A stretch of DNA of 64,000 bases from an uncultured delta proteobacterium (GCA_963808235.1 CAWEEQ010000004.1:3456001-3520000); one strand, 5' to 3'; positions 37,068 to 48,187 are shown, counted from the stretch's first letter. Notes: generated by a model from the sequence alone, not told the origin. A program made the numbers and translations.

Positions 37068-38633
37068 GTGGATAGGCCTGCCTCGCCGCGGCAACTGCTC
37101 ATCGGTTTGGACGCGATGGACTGGAGTCTCGTGCAGAGGTGGGCATCTACGAACAAGATGCCGACCTTCCGACGTCTCATGGAAGAGGGCACCCAAGCCG
37201 AGCTATCGACGGTCGCCGATCGTTTGCCGGACATTTCGTGGAACTGTCTTTGTTCGGGGCTCAACCCCGCTTATCTAGCTCGCTACTTTTACGTACAGCA
37301 CGATCCAAGGACCGCGGGCTTGCGCTATATGCCGGATGACTCGTTCGGAGTGAACTATTTTTGGGATCATCTAAGCCGAGCGGGCCGGCGCGTAGGGGTG
37401 GTGGATGTCCCGCACGTGAGTACTTCCGCCGAGCTGAACGGATTTCAACTCACCTCGTGGGGAACGCACGCAGCCCACGGGCCGCGGTCTTCAACGCCTC
37501 GATCGCTCCTGCGCGAGGTGGACGAACGCTTCGGACGCTATCCGGTAGGAGAATGCGACGCGGTGGGCTCGGCTCCCGAAGCCAGAGTGGCGTTGCGCCC
37601 GCGTCTGCTGGCCGGCGTACATGCGCATGGTGAATTGTTCCGCCATTGCATCACCGAGCCGGCGTGGGAGGTCCTGATCACGGTCTTTGCGGCTGCGCAC
37701 TGTGCGGGTCACTTCTACTGGGCCGACATGGATCCCACGCATCCTGCGCACGATCCAGAGGATCGGCATCGGCTCGCCGACACCATTGAGGCAGTCTATC
37801 GCGCAATCGATCGCGAGGTCGGCGAGATGGTCGAGGCCGCGGGTCCCGGCGTGCGAGTATACGTATTCGCCGCGCACGGGATGGGACCGCTCTACCACGC
37901 GTCGTGGAACCTTCCCGAAATTCTCGACTACCTGGGATACGGGAAAGAGGATTCCCGCGGCGCGGATCGGCGTGGGGAAATGCGTCGGTCCGACGTAAAT
38001 TTCTGGCGCACGCTGCGGATGGTGGTGCCGGGGAGGCTGCAATACGCAATCAAAGCTGCGCTGCCTCAATGGTTGCAGAATGAACTGATCTTTCGCTTCT
38101 ACCGGGGTAACAGGTCCTGGGAAATGTGCCGCGCGTTCGCCGTACCGAACGTCGACGTAGTCGGCGCAATTCGCATCAGTTTGAAGGGGCGCGACTACAA
38201 CGGCCTGGTGGAACCCGGTGCTGAGTACGATCGCGTTTGCGAAGAGATCTGCGCAGTGCTCGCCGAGCTGCGCGATCCCGTGAGCGGGCGGCCGGTCGTC
38301 AAACATATTTCGCAACTCCAACGGGAACTCCACGGTCCGTACCTCGACCGCTTACCCGACATCACCGCGCTCTGGGATCAATCCTTTCCGTGGAGGTCGA
38401 TAAACTCGCCGCGCTTTGGCACCGTCCAGTTGCGAAACCAGGATTCGCGCACCGGCTCGCATGCTCCCCGCGGCTTCCTGCTCGCGTCCGGCGAAGGTAT
38501 CGCAAGCGGAGCCACCCTGTCGGGCGCATCGATTTTCGATTTTGTCCCTACAATCTTAAACAGCGCCGGAACGCGCGTGCCTGAGATTTGTGAAGGACGC
38601 CCGCTATTCACGACTGGATCCGCGCACGCATGA
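37068..38633 (+). CDS. Alkaline phosphatase superfamily, type I phosphodiesterase/nucleotide pyrophosphatase-like
   Basis: LIGLDAMDW, AAHCAGHFYW, YRAIDREVG, AAHGMG, TGSHAPRG. Confidence 0.82.
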   Translation: MDRPASPRQLLIGLDAMDWSLVQRWASTNKMPTFRRLMEEGTQAELSTVADRLPDISWNCLCSGLNPAYLARYFYVQHDPRTAGLRYMPDDSFGVNYFWDHLSRAGRRVGVVDVPHVSTSAELNGFQLTSWGTHAAHGPRSSTPRSLLREVDERFGRYPVGECDAVGSAPEARVALRPRLLAGVHAHGELFRHCITEPAWEVLITVFAAAHCAGHFYWADMDPTHPAHDPEDRHRLADTIEAVYRAIDREVGEMVEAAGPGVRVYVFAAHGMGPLYHASWNLPEILDYLGYGKEDSRGADRRGEMRRSDVNFWRTLRMVVPGRLQYAIKAALPQWLQNELIFRFYRGNRSWEMCRAFAVPNVDVVGAIRISLKGRDYNGLVEPGAEYDRVCEEICAVLAELRDPVSGRPVVKHISQLQRELHGPYLDRLPDITALWDQSFPWRSINSPRFGTVQLRNQDSRTGSHAPRGFLLASGEGIASGATLSGASIFDFVPTILNSAGTRVPEICEGRPLFTTGSAHA

Positions 38634-39958
38634 CCGAGCACACGAGCATGACCGCATCGCGGCGATCGCTTGCGATATACGCCGATCGGCGCGTGCTGCT
38701 GATCCTGCCGCTTGGCTTTGCGAGTGGCTTGCCGCTGCTGCTCACATTTTCGACGCTGTCGGCATGGCTTGCGACTGCGGGCGTCAGCCGAGCGACGATC
38801 GGCGCGTTTGCGCTAGTCGGCACGCCCTACGCGTTCAAATTTTTGTGGTCGCCGCTCATCGATCGCCTGCCACCGCCGCTTCGAGTGGGGCGGCGGCGCG
38901 GATGGGGGATCGCGATACAGCTGGCGCTCATCGCCGCGACGCTCGGCCTTGGCAGTTGCGATCCCACGCGCAATCTTTTTGCGATGGGCGTGCTCGCGAT
39001 CCTGGTCGCGTTTCTCTCCGCCAGCCAGGACATCGTGATCGACGCGTATCGAGTCGAGATTCTGACGCCCGAGCAACAAGGTCCGGGCGCAGCGATGATT
39101 CAGACCGGTTACCGCCTCGCGACGCTGGTCGCGGGCGCAGGCGCTTTGATGATCGCTGACCGCCTCGGATGGTTCGCGGCCTATGCCACGATGGCGGCGC
39201 TTTTGGCGATCGGATTGCTGGTCTTCATATTCGGGCCCGAGCCGACGCCGCCGGCAGAAGAGAGGCGCGACGGATCGGGAGCACTCAGTGATTTCCTGGC
39301 AACCGCGGTGGTCGGGCCTTTCAGGGACTTCATGCTTCGTCCGATGTGGCCGGTGATCATCCTCTTCGTGCTCGGCTACAAGCTCGGCGAAGCGATGGCG
39401 GGCGTGATGGCGATGCCGCTCTACATCTCGCTCGGATTTTCGCTCAGCCAGATCGCTGCGATATCCAAGCTGGTCGGATTCTTCGCGACCATTATCGGGG
39501 CGCTTATCGGTGGGATCGTGACAGTGCGACTCGGAGTTATCCGAGCGCTCATACTATGCGGGTTGCTGCAGTCGGCGGGAAATTTATTTTACGTGCTGCA
39601 AGCGGTCGGAGGGCATCGTTTGGACTATCTCGCGCTCTGCGTTGCGGCCGAGAACCTGACGAGTGCGATGGCGGGCGCGGCGCTGGTCGCTTATCTCTCC
39701 GACCTCTGTTCGCCTGCGTACACTGCGACCCAGTACGCTTTGCTCTCATCGCTCGCGGCGGTCGGGCGAACTATGGTTGCTTCTTCCGGCGGCGTGCTCG
39801 CCGACAAGCTTGGTTGGGTGCCGTTCTTCCTGATCACCACGGTGGCGACGCTGCCCGCCCTTGCGCTGCTCATATGGATCGCGCGTCGGACCGGAATGCG
39901 AATGGAACGGAAGGTAGCTTCGCCCGCATCTACAACGAGCGAAACCGGACTTTCGTGA
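38630..39958 (+). CDS. ampG: AmpG family muropeptide MFS permease
   Basis: LGFASGLPLLL, KFLWSPLID, SASQDIVIDAYRVE, YTATQYALLSSL. Confidence 0.93.
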   Translation: MTEHTSMTASRRSLAIYADRRVLLILPLGFASGLPLLLTFSTLSAWLATAGVSRATIGAFALVGTPYAFKFLWSPLIDRLPPPLRVGRRRGWGIAIQLALIAATLGLGSCDPTRNLFAMGVLAILVAFLSASQDIVIDAYRVEILTPEQQGPGAAMIQTGYRLATLVAGAGALMIADRLGWFAAYATMAALLAIGLLVFIFGPEPTPPAEERRDGSGALSDFLATAVVGPFRDFMLRPMWPVIILFVLGYKLGEAMAGVMAMPLYISLGFSLSQIAAISKLVGFFATIIGALIGGIVTVRLGVIRALILCGLLQSAGNLFYVLQAVGGHRLDYLALCVAAENLTSAMAGAALVAYLSDLCSPAYTATQYALLSSLAAVGRTMVASSGGVLADKLGWVPFFLITTVATLPALALLIWIARRTGMRMERKVASPASTTSETGLS

Positions 39959-39963
39959 CGTGC

Positions 39964-41127
39964 TCAGCGAAATAGACGGCTCGATGCGAGATCGGCGCCT
40001 GCGCGCATCGCGCGCAACTTTTCCCAGACGATTTCCTCGGCGACCTCTCCGAGTCCAGCCGACGTTTCGAAGCCGCAATCAGTTCCCGCCATCACGCGGC
40101 GCGGATCGCCAATCGCCTGCGATGCGCGTTCAAGGCGATCGGCAATCACTTCGGGATGCTCGACGTAGTTGGTCTTGGTATCGATGACGCCGGTGACGAG
40201 GCTCATCTGCGCGGGCAGCGGATAGGTTTTGAAGTATCGGTATTCGTGCTGATGGCGCGGATTTGCGGCCTCCAATACGAGAGCACCGACCTTGGCATGG
40301 TAGAGCAGCGGCAGAATGTCGCCGAGCGACACGTCGAGATCGTGCGGAGCCGAGTAGTTACCCCAGCAAACGTGCATGCGGACGCGGTCGGGAGAGATGC
40401 CCTGAAGCGCGCGGTTCATCGCCGCGATATTCAGTTCTACATATGAGAGAAAATACTTGAGCGGGCGATCGGCGTAAGAGGTATGCCGCTCCATCGCGAG
40501 ATCCGGGCAGTCAACCTGGAGCAAGAATCCTTGCGCCACGATGTATTGATACTCAGCCGCAAGAGCATTGGCGACGGCGTTTACATATCTCTCGTAGTTT
40601 TCGTAGTGCTCGTTGAGCATCGCCGACGCGATTATTCCCGGCGATGGCGCAGTCATGAAGGGTTCGGCGAATTTGTGAGACTGTTCGTTGAGGATGCGGA
40701 GAGTATCGGCGCATTCGAGTTCGACGGGCTTTCGGTCAACATATTGCACATCGCCGACAGCCTTCGGCGCGTGAAGCAAATCGACCATAGAGCGTTGAAA
40801 GAGCGGCGCGATCAGCTTGCGAAAACTCGGGTAGCGGACAAGGTCGCGCATGATCGGTCGTTCACTGCGGCCGCCGAAACCACTCATGCGGTGTTGCACG
40901 TGGGTGAAGAAGCTCTCGCGCGATTGTTCGCCGTTATTGCCGATGTCGATGCCCGCGTCGAGTTGTTTGGCGACGACGTGGCGGGTGGACTCCTCGATCT
41001 CGCGCGCGAGCGCATCGTTATCGACTGCCTCGCCGCGGCTTTTCTGCACGAGCATCGCGACCAGGCGGTCTCGCCTCGGCAAGCTGCCGGCGTGGGTGGT
41101 CAAAATTCGGCCTTCGCTGCGGACCAT
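39964..41127 (-). CDS. Cobalamin-independent methionine synthase II family protein
   Basis: ILTTHAGSLPR, MHVCWGNY, GVIDTKTNYVEHPE, GTDCGF. Confidence 0.9.
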   Translation of the reverse strand: MVRSEGRILTTHAGSLPRRDRLVAMLVQKSRGEAVDNDALAREIEESTRHVVAKQLDAGIDIGNNGEQSRESFFTHVQHRMSGFGGRSERPIMRDLVRYPSFRKLIAPLFQRSMVDLLHAPKAVGDVQYVDRKPVELECADTLRILNEQSHKFAEPFMTAPSPGIIASAMLNEHYENYERYVNAVANALAAEYQYIVAQGFLLQVDCPDLAMERHTSYADRPLKYFLSYVELNIAAMNRALQGISPDRVRMHVCWGNYSAPHDLDVSLGDILPLLYHAKVGALVLEAANPRHQHEYRYFKTYPLPAQMSLVTGVIDTKTNYVEHPEVIADRLERASQAIGDPRRVMAGTDCGFETSAGLGEVAEEIVWEKLRAMRAGADLASSRLFR

Positions 41128-41264
41128 CGTTTTTTTCTCCTGGGGACGGGACCGACCATAACACAGGACGCCCCCGTTTGCGGAATTGGAAACAGGTCTC
41201 GATATCGAATTGCGGATCAGCGAAGATAGGAGTGCGTTAACCAAATCGATTGGAGGCGACAACC

Positions 41265-42476
41265 GTGGACATAGACCCGAAGCGCGGCGGATTCGCGCCG
41301 GAACGAATCAACCGGATCACCGAGCATCTCAACAGGAACTACATCGAACCCGGCAAGATAGCAGGGTGTCAGGCGTTGGTGGCGAGGCACGGTCACGTTG
41401 CCTACTTCAAGTCTTTGGGCTTGATGGATCGCGAGCGCCGCAAGCCGGTCGCCGACGATACCATCTTCCGCCTCTATTCGATGACCAAGCCGATCGCGTC
41501 AGTCGCGCTGATGACGCTCTATGAGCGCGGCTACTTTCAGCTCAACGATCCGGTCTCGCGGTTTATTCCCAGTTGGCGCGATCACAAGGTGTGGGTTTCG
41601 GGCGAGGGTGCGAGCATGGTAACAGCCGCTCCGGCTCGGCCGATGACGATGCGTCATGTGCTGAGTCATAGTGGGGGCCTGACCTATGGCGCGACGAATC
41701 ATCCGGTTGACCGCGTCTATCGAGAGGTCGGAGTGGGGCGCGGCTCTGGAGAGACGCTGGCGGGATTTGTGGAGAAGCTCGCGAAGGTGCCGCTGCGCTA
41801 CGCTCCGGGCGAGCGCTGGATGTACTCGCTTTCCACTGATGTTTGCGGCTACCTGGTCGAGACGATCTCCGGGAAGCGCTTTGACCAGTATCTGCAGGAG
41901 ACGATCTTCGATCCACTCGACATGAAGGATACCTCCTTCATGGTAGCGCCGCGCAAGCTCGAGCGCTTTGCCGCGAACTATCAGCGTGAGGCTGATAAGA
42001 CGCTCAAGTTGATCGACGATCCGGAGCGCAGCAACTATCTGAAACAGCCGACCTTCTTTTCGGGTGGTGGCGGATTGACGGGAACTACGGCCGACTATTT
42101 CCGCTTCTGTGAGATGTTGCGCCGCGGAGGAGAGTTGGACGGCGCGCGTATCCTGGGTCCTCGTACTATCGAGATCATGCATCGCAATCATCTCGCAGGC
42201 GGCAAAGACCTGAGCCAGATGGCGATCGGCGGATTCTCCGAGACTGCAAATGAAGGCGTTGGCTTCGGACTCGGATTTGCGATGACGCTCGGGCAGGTCG
42301 AGACCGGAGCGCTCGGCGGCGGCGACTACTACTGGGGCGGTGCAGCCTCGACAATCTTCTGGGTCGATCCCAAGGAGGACATGGTCGTGATATTCATGAC
42401 CCAGCTGATGCCGTCGGCGACGTTTAACTTCCGTGGGCAACTAAGAAACATCATCTATTCCGCAATCGTCGACTAA
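41265..42476 (+). CDS. Serine hydrolase, beta-lactamase/esterase family
   Basis: FRLYSMTK (SxxK), LSHSGGL, WMYS, SGGGGL, YYWGGAAST. Confidence 0.92.
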   Translation: MDIDPKRGGFAPERINRITEHLNRNYIEPGKIAGCQALVARHGHVAYFKSLGLMDRERRKPVADDTIFRLYSMTKPIASVALMTLYERGYFQLNDPVSRFIPSWRDHKVWVSGEGASMVTAAPARPMTMRHVLSHSGGLTYGATNHPVDRVYREVGVGRGSGETLAGFVEKLAKVPLRYAPGERWMYSLSTDVCGYLVETISGKRFDQYLQETIFDPLDMKDTSFMVAPRKLERFAANYQREADKTLKLIDDPERSNYLKQPTFFSGGGGLTGTTADYFRFCEMLRRGGELDGARILGPRTIEIMHRNHLAGGKDLSQMAIGGFSETANEGVGFGLGFAMTLGQVETGALGGGDYYWGGAASTIFWVDPKEDMVVIFMTQLMPSATFNFRGQLRNIIYSAIVD

Positions 42477-42514
42477 GTGGCTTTTGCCGGCTAAGTGATC
42501 GGAGGAGATTCGCG

Positions 42515-43477
42515 ATGAAGGCTGCAGTCTATTATCAGAACGGTGGTCCTGAGGTTCTTAAGTACGAAGACGTTCCCGATCCGGTTTGCTATCCGCAGGG
42601 CGTAGTGATCCGCGTCGAGGCGGTAAGCATCGAAGGTGGCGACACGCTCAACCGTTGGCATGGAGCACTGCTCAACAAGCCGCACATCGTTGGCTACCAG
42701 GCTGGTGGCGAAATCGTGGAGGTTGGCGCGGGGGTTACCAACCTGAAGGTAGGCCAGAAGGTGGCCGCCGTTAATGCGTTCGGCTCTCATGCCGAGCTGC
42801 TAGTGGTTCCGGCGCGCAACGCGTGGCCGGTACCGAAAGGATTCGACATCAAGCTCGCCGCAGCCATACCGGTGCCGTTCGGAACTGCCGACGATTGCTT
42901 GTTCGAGTTCGGCCGGCTGAAGGCTGGCGAGACAGTCCTGGTGCAAGCGGGCGCAAGCGGAGTAGGTGTCGCGGCGATTCAACTCGCCAAGCGCGCGGGT
43001 GCGACGGTGCTCGCGACGGCGTCCAGCGACGCGCGCCTGGAACGGCTCAAGCCATTAGGTCTCGATCATGGAATCAACTACCGGACCGAAGACGTCGCCA
43101 AGTCGGTCATGAAACTTACTGACAACAAGGGCGTCAACCTGGTCGTCGATCCGGTCGGCGGGGCTACTCTGCAATCGAGCCTGTTATCGCTCGCCTACCG
43201 GGGACGCGTCTCGATGGTCGGCGCAGCGGGACGCGAAGCGATGACGATCAACGTCTCGTCGCTGATGGCGGGTAACCGCTCTTTGACCGGAGTTTTCCTC
43301 GGCGCGGAGATCGGGAGCGACCGCGCGCACGACATGATCCAGCGCCTGATCGAAGAGGCCGCCCGGGACGAGATCAAAGTAGTGATCGATCGAACTTACC
43401 CACTGAAGGAGGCCGGCGCCGCTCACGCCTACATAGAAAGCCGGCAGGCGGTAGGCCGCGTTCTTCTGATCCCCTAA
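42515..43477 (+). CDS. NADPH:quinone oxidoreductase/MDR family
   Basis: GGPEVLKYED, VLVQAGASGVGVAAIQLAK, VVDPVGG. Confidence 0.9.
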   Translation: MKAAVYYQNGGPEVLKYEDVPDPVCYPQGVVIRVEAVSIEGGDTLNRWHGALLNKPHIVGYQAGGEIVEVGAGVTNLKVGQKVAAVNAFGSHAELLVVPARNAWPVPKGFDIKLAAAIPVPFGTADDCLFEFGRLKAGETVLVQAGASGVGVAAIQLAKRAGATVLATASSDARLERLKPLGLDHGINYRTEDVAKSVMKLTDNKGVNLVVDPVGGATLQSSLLSLAYRGRVSMVGAAGREAMTINVSSLMAGNRSLTGVFLGAEIGSDRAHDMIQRLIEEAARDEIKVVIDRTYPLKEAGAAHAYIESRQAVGRVLLIP

Positions 43478-43558
43478 TAGGTCGCCGAAAAATAAACACT
43501 GCGCGAGTTGTAGGTCCTCGCGCAGCGCACTCCCCCGGGAAATCCAATGCAGCTTGAT

Positions 43559-45277
43559 CTAATTGTTAATGCGCGCCTGCGCCATCGGTCCGCGCAGCAG
43601 ACGACCGGACAGCGCTCCGGTGTGTTCGTTGTCGCGCAGCAGGACTTTGCCATTGACGACAGTGGCCAGCAATCCATCGGATTTTTGCTTCAGGCGACGC
43701 GCACCGGCGGGAAGGTCGTGCGCGAGTTCGGGCAACTTTGGCGCGATTCTCTTCGGATCGAACACGATCACATCCGCAAAATTGCCCGCGCGCAGCAACC
43801 CGCGTCCCGCGAGGCCCCAATGATAGGCGGGGACGAAACTCAGCATTCGAATTGCCGCTTCCAGCGTCAGCGCTTCCTTCTCGCGCACCCAGTGACTTAG
43901 CACATGGGTCTGCAGCGACGAGTCCATGATTTGCGAGACATGCGCGCCCGAGTCCGAGAAGGTCACCACCGAGCGCGGATTTTTCATCATCTCGAGGACA
44001 TGGTCCTGATTCTCGTTGGTGAGAGTCTGGAGGAAGAATTGTTTGAGATGTTTCTCGAGCGCGAGATCGATGATCACGTCAACCGGGTCCCTGTTCTGCT
44101 CGGCAGCGAGCTCGGCGATCGAGCGATACGGAGGCATCGCCTTGTCCAGCGGGAACATCCAGTTGAAGTTTGCGACGCGGGCTTCCGCGCCGACTCCACG
44201 ATTGCCGTCGCCCGGCCGCTCACGGGCAGCCTCGACCAGCGCACGCCGGGTGTCGGGATTGCGCAGTGCGGCTTCCTGTTCGGCGAGCGAAAGTTTGCGA
44301 ATCTCGCGCCAAGCCGGCAATCGATCGAAGGGCATATGCGTCTCGAACGACAGCAGCAGATTAAGCGAGCGGCTATGTACCTGGATGAACATCCGGCCAC
44401 CGGCGGCAGCGGTCTCTTCGGCGGTTTCGAAATATCGGCGCCAGTAGTTGGGCGCGCGGCGCGAGCTGAACATCCCAAATGTCACCGGCACTGAACTCTC
44501 GACCGCGAGCGATTTAAGCCGCCCCAGGTAATCGTCGAGACGCGGACCCTCGGCACCGGTGTCCTCGCCGGCGATCTCAAAGATTCCCGCGCCCAACTCG
44601 CCCATCACTCCGACCAGCTGACGCACCTCGTCCCAATTCGCGATCCGGCTCGCGACCGGACGACCGTCCGGCGTCTGATGATTGCTGGTTCGCGAGGTGG
44701 TGAATCCGATTGCGCCGGAGCGAATGCCATCGCGCAGCTCGTCGCGCATCATCTGGAGGTCTTCGGTGGTAGCTTGTTCATCGAAAGCGCGCTCGCCCAT
44801 CACGTGGGTGCGCAGCGCGGAGTGTCCCATGTAGGCGGCGTAGTTGATTCCTTTGGGCAGGCGATCGACCGTATCGAGGTATTGCGCGAATGTAGTCCAC
44901 GACCATTTGATTCCCGCCTGCATCGCTTCGGGCGAGATATCTTCCGCGCGTTCCAGATTCCGCATCACGAGCAGTTTGTCTTTCTCTGCGCATGGCGCGA
45001 GCGAAAATCCGCAGTTACCCATCACCACCGAGGTGACGCCATGCCAGCATGAGCAGGTCCCGAGCGCATCCCAGAAAACCTGCGCGTCCATATGCGTGTG
45101 CGCGTCGATGAGTCCCGGCGCGACCACGTGACCTTCGGCGTCGATCGTTTCGCGCGCGCTCTCGTGAATTTTTCCGATCGCCGCGATCCTGTCGCCCTCG
45201 ATTCCGACGTCAGCTCTGAAACGCGGCATACCGCTTCCATCGACGACAGTGCCATTGCGGATAATCAGGTCGTACAT
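43559..45277 (-). CDS. N-acyl-D-amino-acid deacylase family amidohydrolase (second paralog)
   Basis: NGTVVDGSG, PGLIDAHTHMDAQ, HGVTSVVMGNCGF, SDSGAH. Confidence 0.92.
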   Translation of the reverse strand: MYDLIIRNGTVVDGSGMPRFRADVGIEGDRIAAIGKIHESARETIDAEGHVVAPGLIDAHTHMDAQVFWDALGTCSCWHGVTSVVMGNCGFSLAPCAEKDKLLVMRNLERAEDISPEAMQAGIKWSWTTFAQYLDTVDRLPKGINYAAYMGHSALRTHVMGERAFDEQATTEDLQMMRDELRDGIRSGAIGFTTSRTSNHQTPDGRPVASRIANWDEVRQLVGVMGELGAGIFEIAGEDTGAEGPRLDDYLGRLKSLAVESSVPVTFGMFSSRRAPNYWRRYFETAEETAAAGGRMFIQVHSRSLNLLLSFETHMPFDRLPAWREIRKLSLAEQEAALRNPDTRRALVEAARERPGDGNRGVGAEARVANFNWMFPLDKAMPPYRSIAELAAEQNRDPVDVIIDLALEKHLKQFFLQTLTNENQDHVLEMMKNPRSVVTFSDSGAHVSQIMDSSLQTHVLSHWVREKEALTLEAAIRMLSFVPAYHWGLAGRGLLRAGNFADVIVFDPKRIAPKLPELAHDLPAGARRLKQKSDGLLATVVNGKVLLRDNEHTGALSGRLLRGPMAQARINN

Positions 45278-45543
45278 CGCACACTCCTTTTGCCGGCTCG
45301 CACGCGCGGCGGATCGATCGGCGGCGATTGCCGGTCATTCGGCGAGATCATCTGAGCAGCTCAACTCACACGTCTGCTTATTTCAGAATCGAGGGTCCGT
45401 GAGCAAGCGGATGTGCCTGTCACTTGCGAGTGTTCGGGGCCAGCCAAGTCATTCCACGCAATGCGGAGTCTATACAGAGCTTACAAATAAGTCTACTTCT
45501 TGTAGGTATAGCTCTTGCTGGATCCTCCGGCGGGGGTATCGCG

Positions 45544-46014
45544 ATGAAACTACAAGCGCATTGGCCCACAGTCAGCATCAACGCGCGCGATTGGCGCGCC
45601 GCGATGATCGCGTTGGTTTCGCTTTTCGGAGCGTCGATAGTCCTGGTGACCTTGCAATCGGGAGTCTTGCTCGACAATCCATTGTTCGAGAGGCTCGAAC
45701 TCTCACCGGTCGCCGGTCCTCGTATTAACCTGCTTAATGTCGCCCGAGGCGTTTCGCTCGATCTTCACCCGTCTGATTATGCTAGCGAACTCTGGAAGGG
45801 TTTCTCCGTTGCGCACGCGCTACCGGCAAACGTCGCTTGGTCGCAACGATTCTCGATTGGTGCGAAAGAGCGAACCGCATTCGAGGTTTTTGGCGACGCG
45901 GCGCTTCGCGAGATATTGGCGGACGAGCGAACAGAGCGCCAACTCAAACCGCGGCACAATCGTTTGCTCCTGATGCTGATGCTGCTCCGGCTGCACGAGG
46001 ATCGCCGCGGATAG
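45544..46014 (+). CDS. Hypothetical protein with N-terminal membrane anchor
   Basis: GGGGGT SD-like sequence; one TM helix; no recognised motif. Confidence 0.6.
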   Translation: MKLQAHWPTVSINARDWRAAMIALVSLFGASIVLVTLQSGVLLDNPLFERLELSPVAGPRINLLNVARGVSLDLHPSDYASELWKGFSVAHALPANVAWSQRFSIGAKERTAFEVFGDAALREILADERTERQLKPRHNRLLLMLMLLRLHEDRRG

Positions 46015-46088
46015 ATTGCGCTTGGCGATCGCAAAGTCACGATACTAAGGTTGACGTACAGGTATCGATACTTTGCGGAGGCATCGCG

Positions 46089-47540
46089 ATGTCGAGCGGG
46101 AAGTCACGCGCGCAGGAGATCAAGGCCAACCTCAAGCATCCGATCATCGACGCCGACGGTCACTGGCTTGAATTCGGTCCGGTGATTGTTGAGCAGCTCG
46201 AGAGGCATGGCGGGAAGATTGCGGTCGACGGATTCCGCGCGTTCAACGGGCGCGTATCGAAAGCGCTCGCGGAGTCGGGCGAGGAACGCAAACGCAAGCG
46301 CGTCGCGCAGGAAGCGTTCTGGGCGTTGCCCACGAAAAATACTCTGGATCGCGCGACCGAGCTTCTGCCGAAACTTCTCTATGAACGCCTGGACGAATTC
46401 GGGATCGATTTCAGCGTGCTCTACCCGACTTCCGGATTGGGCGTGCCGTTTCATCCCGACGAGCAGACCCGCCGCGTGACATGCCGGGCCTTCAATTCCT
46501 TCATCGCGGAGTTCTTCGCCGACTATGCCGACCGGATGACGCCGGCGGCGGTGATCCCGATGCACACGCCGGAGGAAGCAATCGCGGAACTCGAGCACGT
46601 GGTCAAGAATCTCGGGCTCAAGGTGGTGATGATGGCGAGCATGGTGCGCCGGCCGATCCCGGCAGCTGCCAACGCGCCCGCCGCGCCGCGTTTCGCTACC
46701 TGGCTCGACATGCTCGGGCTCGACAGCGAGTACGATTACGATCCGGTCTGGGCAAAGTGCGTCGAGCTGGGGATCTCGCCGACCTTTCATTCCGGTTCGC
46801 GCGGGATCGGACTGCGCGTTTCTCCGACCAACTTTGTTTACAACCATATCGGGCATTTCGCGGCCGCCAGCGAAGCGGTCTGCAAGGCGATCTTCCTGGG
46901 TGGCGTGACCCGGCGCTTCCCAACGCTCAAGATGGCGTTCCTCGAAGGCGGCGTCGGATGGGCCTGCGGTCTCTACAGCGATCTCATCGGGCACTGGAAA
47001 AAGCGCAACCGCGAGGCGCTGGAGGAGGTCAATCCCGCCAACCTCGATCGGCCGCGGCTTGCCCAGCTGATCCGCGAGTACGGCGGCAAATGGATCGAGA
47101 ACCGCGCCGAGCAGCTGGACTCAGTCGCGGCCAGCGAGCAGAGCGCCGCGACTGGCGGACTTCGCGAGCTGGACGACTTCGCGGCGTGCAAGATTTCGCG
47201 CGTAGAGGAGATCCGCGATCTGTTCGCGAAGAACTTTTATTTCGGATGCGAGGCCGACGATCCCGCCAACGCATACGCGTTCAATCGCAAACTGAATCCG
47301 TATGGAGCGAAACTGAACGTGCTGTTCGGATCGGATATCGGGCACTTTGACGTGCCGGATATGAAAGAGGTCGTGCCCGAGGCGCATGAGCTGCTCGAAG
47401 AGGGGCTCATCACCGACGATAATTTTCGCGACTTCATGTTCACCAATCCGGTGCGTTTCTGGGCCGAGGCCAATCCGAATTTTTTCAAAGGCACGCGCGT
47501 GGAGAAGGAAGCGGCGGCCCTGCTCGCGGGCCGCGGTTAA
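46089..47540 (+). CDS. Amidohydrolase family 2 protein
   Basis: IIDADGH, PTFH, FLEGGVGW, FGCEADD, GSDIGHFD. Confidence 0.9.
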   Translation: MSSGKSRAQEIKANLKHPIIDADGHWLEFGPVIVEQLERHGGKIAVDGFRAFNGRVSKALAESGEERKRKRVAQEAFWALPTKNTLDRATELLPKLLYERLDEFGIDFSVLYPTSGLGVPFHPDEQTRRVTCRAFNSFIAEFFADYADRMTPAAVIPMHTPEEAIAELEHVVKNLGLKVVMMASMVRRPIPAAANAPAAPRFATWLDMLGLDSEYDYDPVWAKCVELGISPTFHSGSRGIGLRVSPTNFVYNHIGHFAAASEAVCKAIFLGGVTRRFPTLKMAFLEGGVGWACGLYSDLIGHWKKRNREALEEVNPANLDRPRLAQLIREYGGKWIENRAEQLDSVAASEQSAATGGLRELDDFAACKISRVEEIRDLFAKNFYFGCEADDPANAYAFNRKLNPYGAKLNVLFGSDIGHFDVPDMKEVVPEAHELLEEGLITDDNFRDFMFTNPVRFWAEANPNFFKGTRVEKEAAALLAGRG

Positions 47541-48178
47541 CTATCGCCTGGGGTTTTCAGATCCGCGACGAAACGCTGAATCTCTGCGATTGCTTCCGCA
47601 ATGTTCTGAGCCTCGGTTCGACCCGAGCGGGCCGGGGACTTCAGAGAGTGATCGCCCGCTTCGATCCAGACGATCCGAATTTTCGTTGACAGTTTGTAAT
47701 TCGCGACCTCATCGGGCCGTCCGAACGAATCGCGCGTGCCTTGGAGGATCAGTGTAGGCGTGCGGAGACTCTCGAGATGCTTGACCCGAGTGCGCCCGGG
47801 ATTTCCGGGTGGATGAAACGGGTAGCCGAGACATACCAGGCCCGCCACGCCTGCGTCGTCGGCGACCATGCTCGCGATCCGGCCGCCCATCGATTTTCCT
47901 CCGATCACGAGTCGAGTGACGTCGCCGAGCTTTGCGATAACGCTGCGCCATGACTCGAGCAGTATCGGCTCGCGATCGGGCGCACCGCGTTTTCCGCTGA
48001 TGCGTCGGGCCGCCATGTAGGGGAATTCGAATCGCACAACTCGCACGTCTTCGCCGCCGATTGCTCCCGCAACTTTGTTCATAAACGGCGCGTCCATCGC
48101 GGCGCCCGCGCCGTGCGCGAGCACCAGGGTGATCGGCGCTCCGGTTGAACCGTTCACCAGAAGCGAATCATCTCGCAT
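47537..48178 (-). CDS. Alpha/beta hydrolase (KANL3/Tex30-like)
   Basis: LAHGAGA, GGKSMGGR, LGYPFHPPG, QGTRDSFG, GDHS. Confidence 0.88.
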   Translation of the reverse strand: MRDDSLLVNGSTGAPITLVLAHGAGAAMDAPFMNKVAGAIGGEDVRVVRFEFPYMAARRISGKRGAPDREPILLESWRSVIAKLGDVTRLVIGGKSMGGRIASMVADDAGVAGLVCLGYPFHPPGNPGRTRVKHLESLRTPTLILQGTRDSFGRPDEVANYKLSTKIRIVWIEAGDHSLKSPARSGRTEAQNIAEAIAEIQRFVADLKTPGDS

Positions 48179-48187
48179 CGTGAAGTC

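Noticed and set aside
41265-42476. Beta-lactam resistance locus (serine hydrolase near ampG)
   Set aside because: No signal peptide, esterase-type motifs and no ampR; separated from ampG by an unrelated gene.
45470-45515. TA(A/G)GTCT motif shared with 25833 and 26996 as a common operator
   Set aside because: A match of only 7 nt with inconsistent flanks could be chance.
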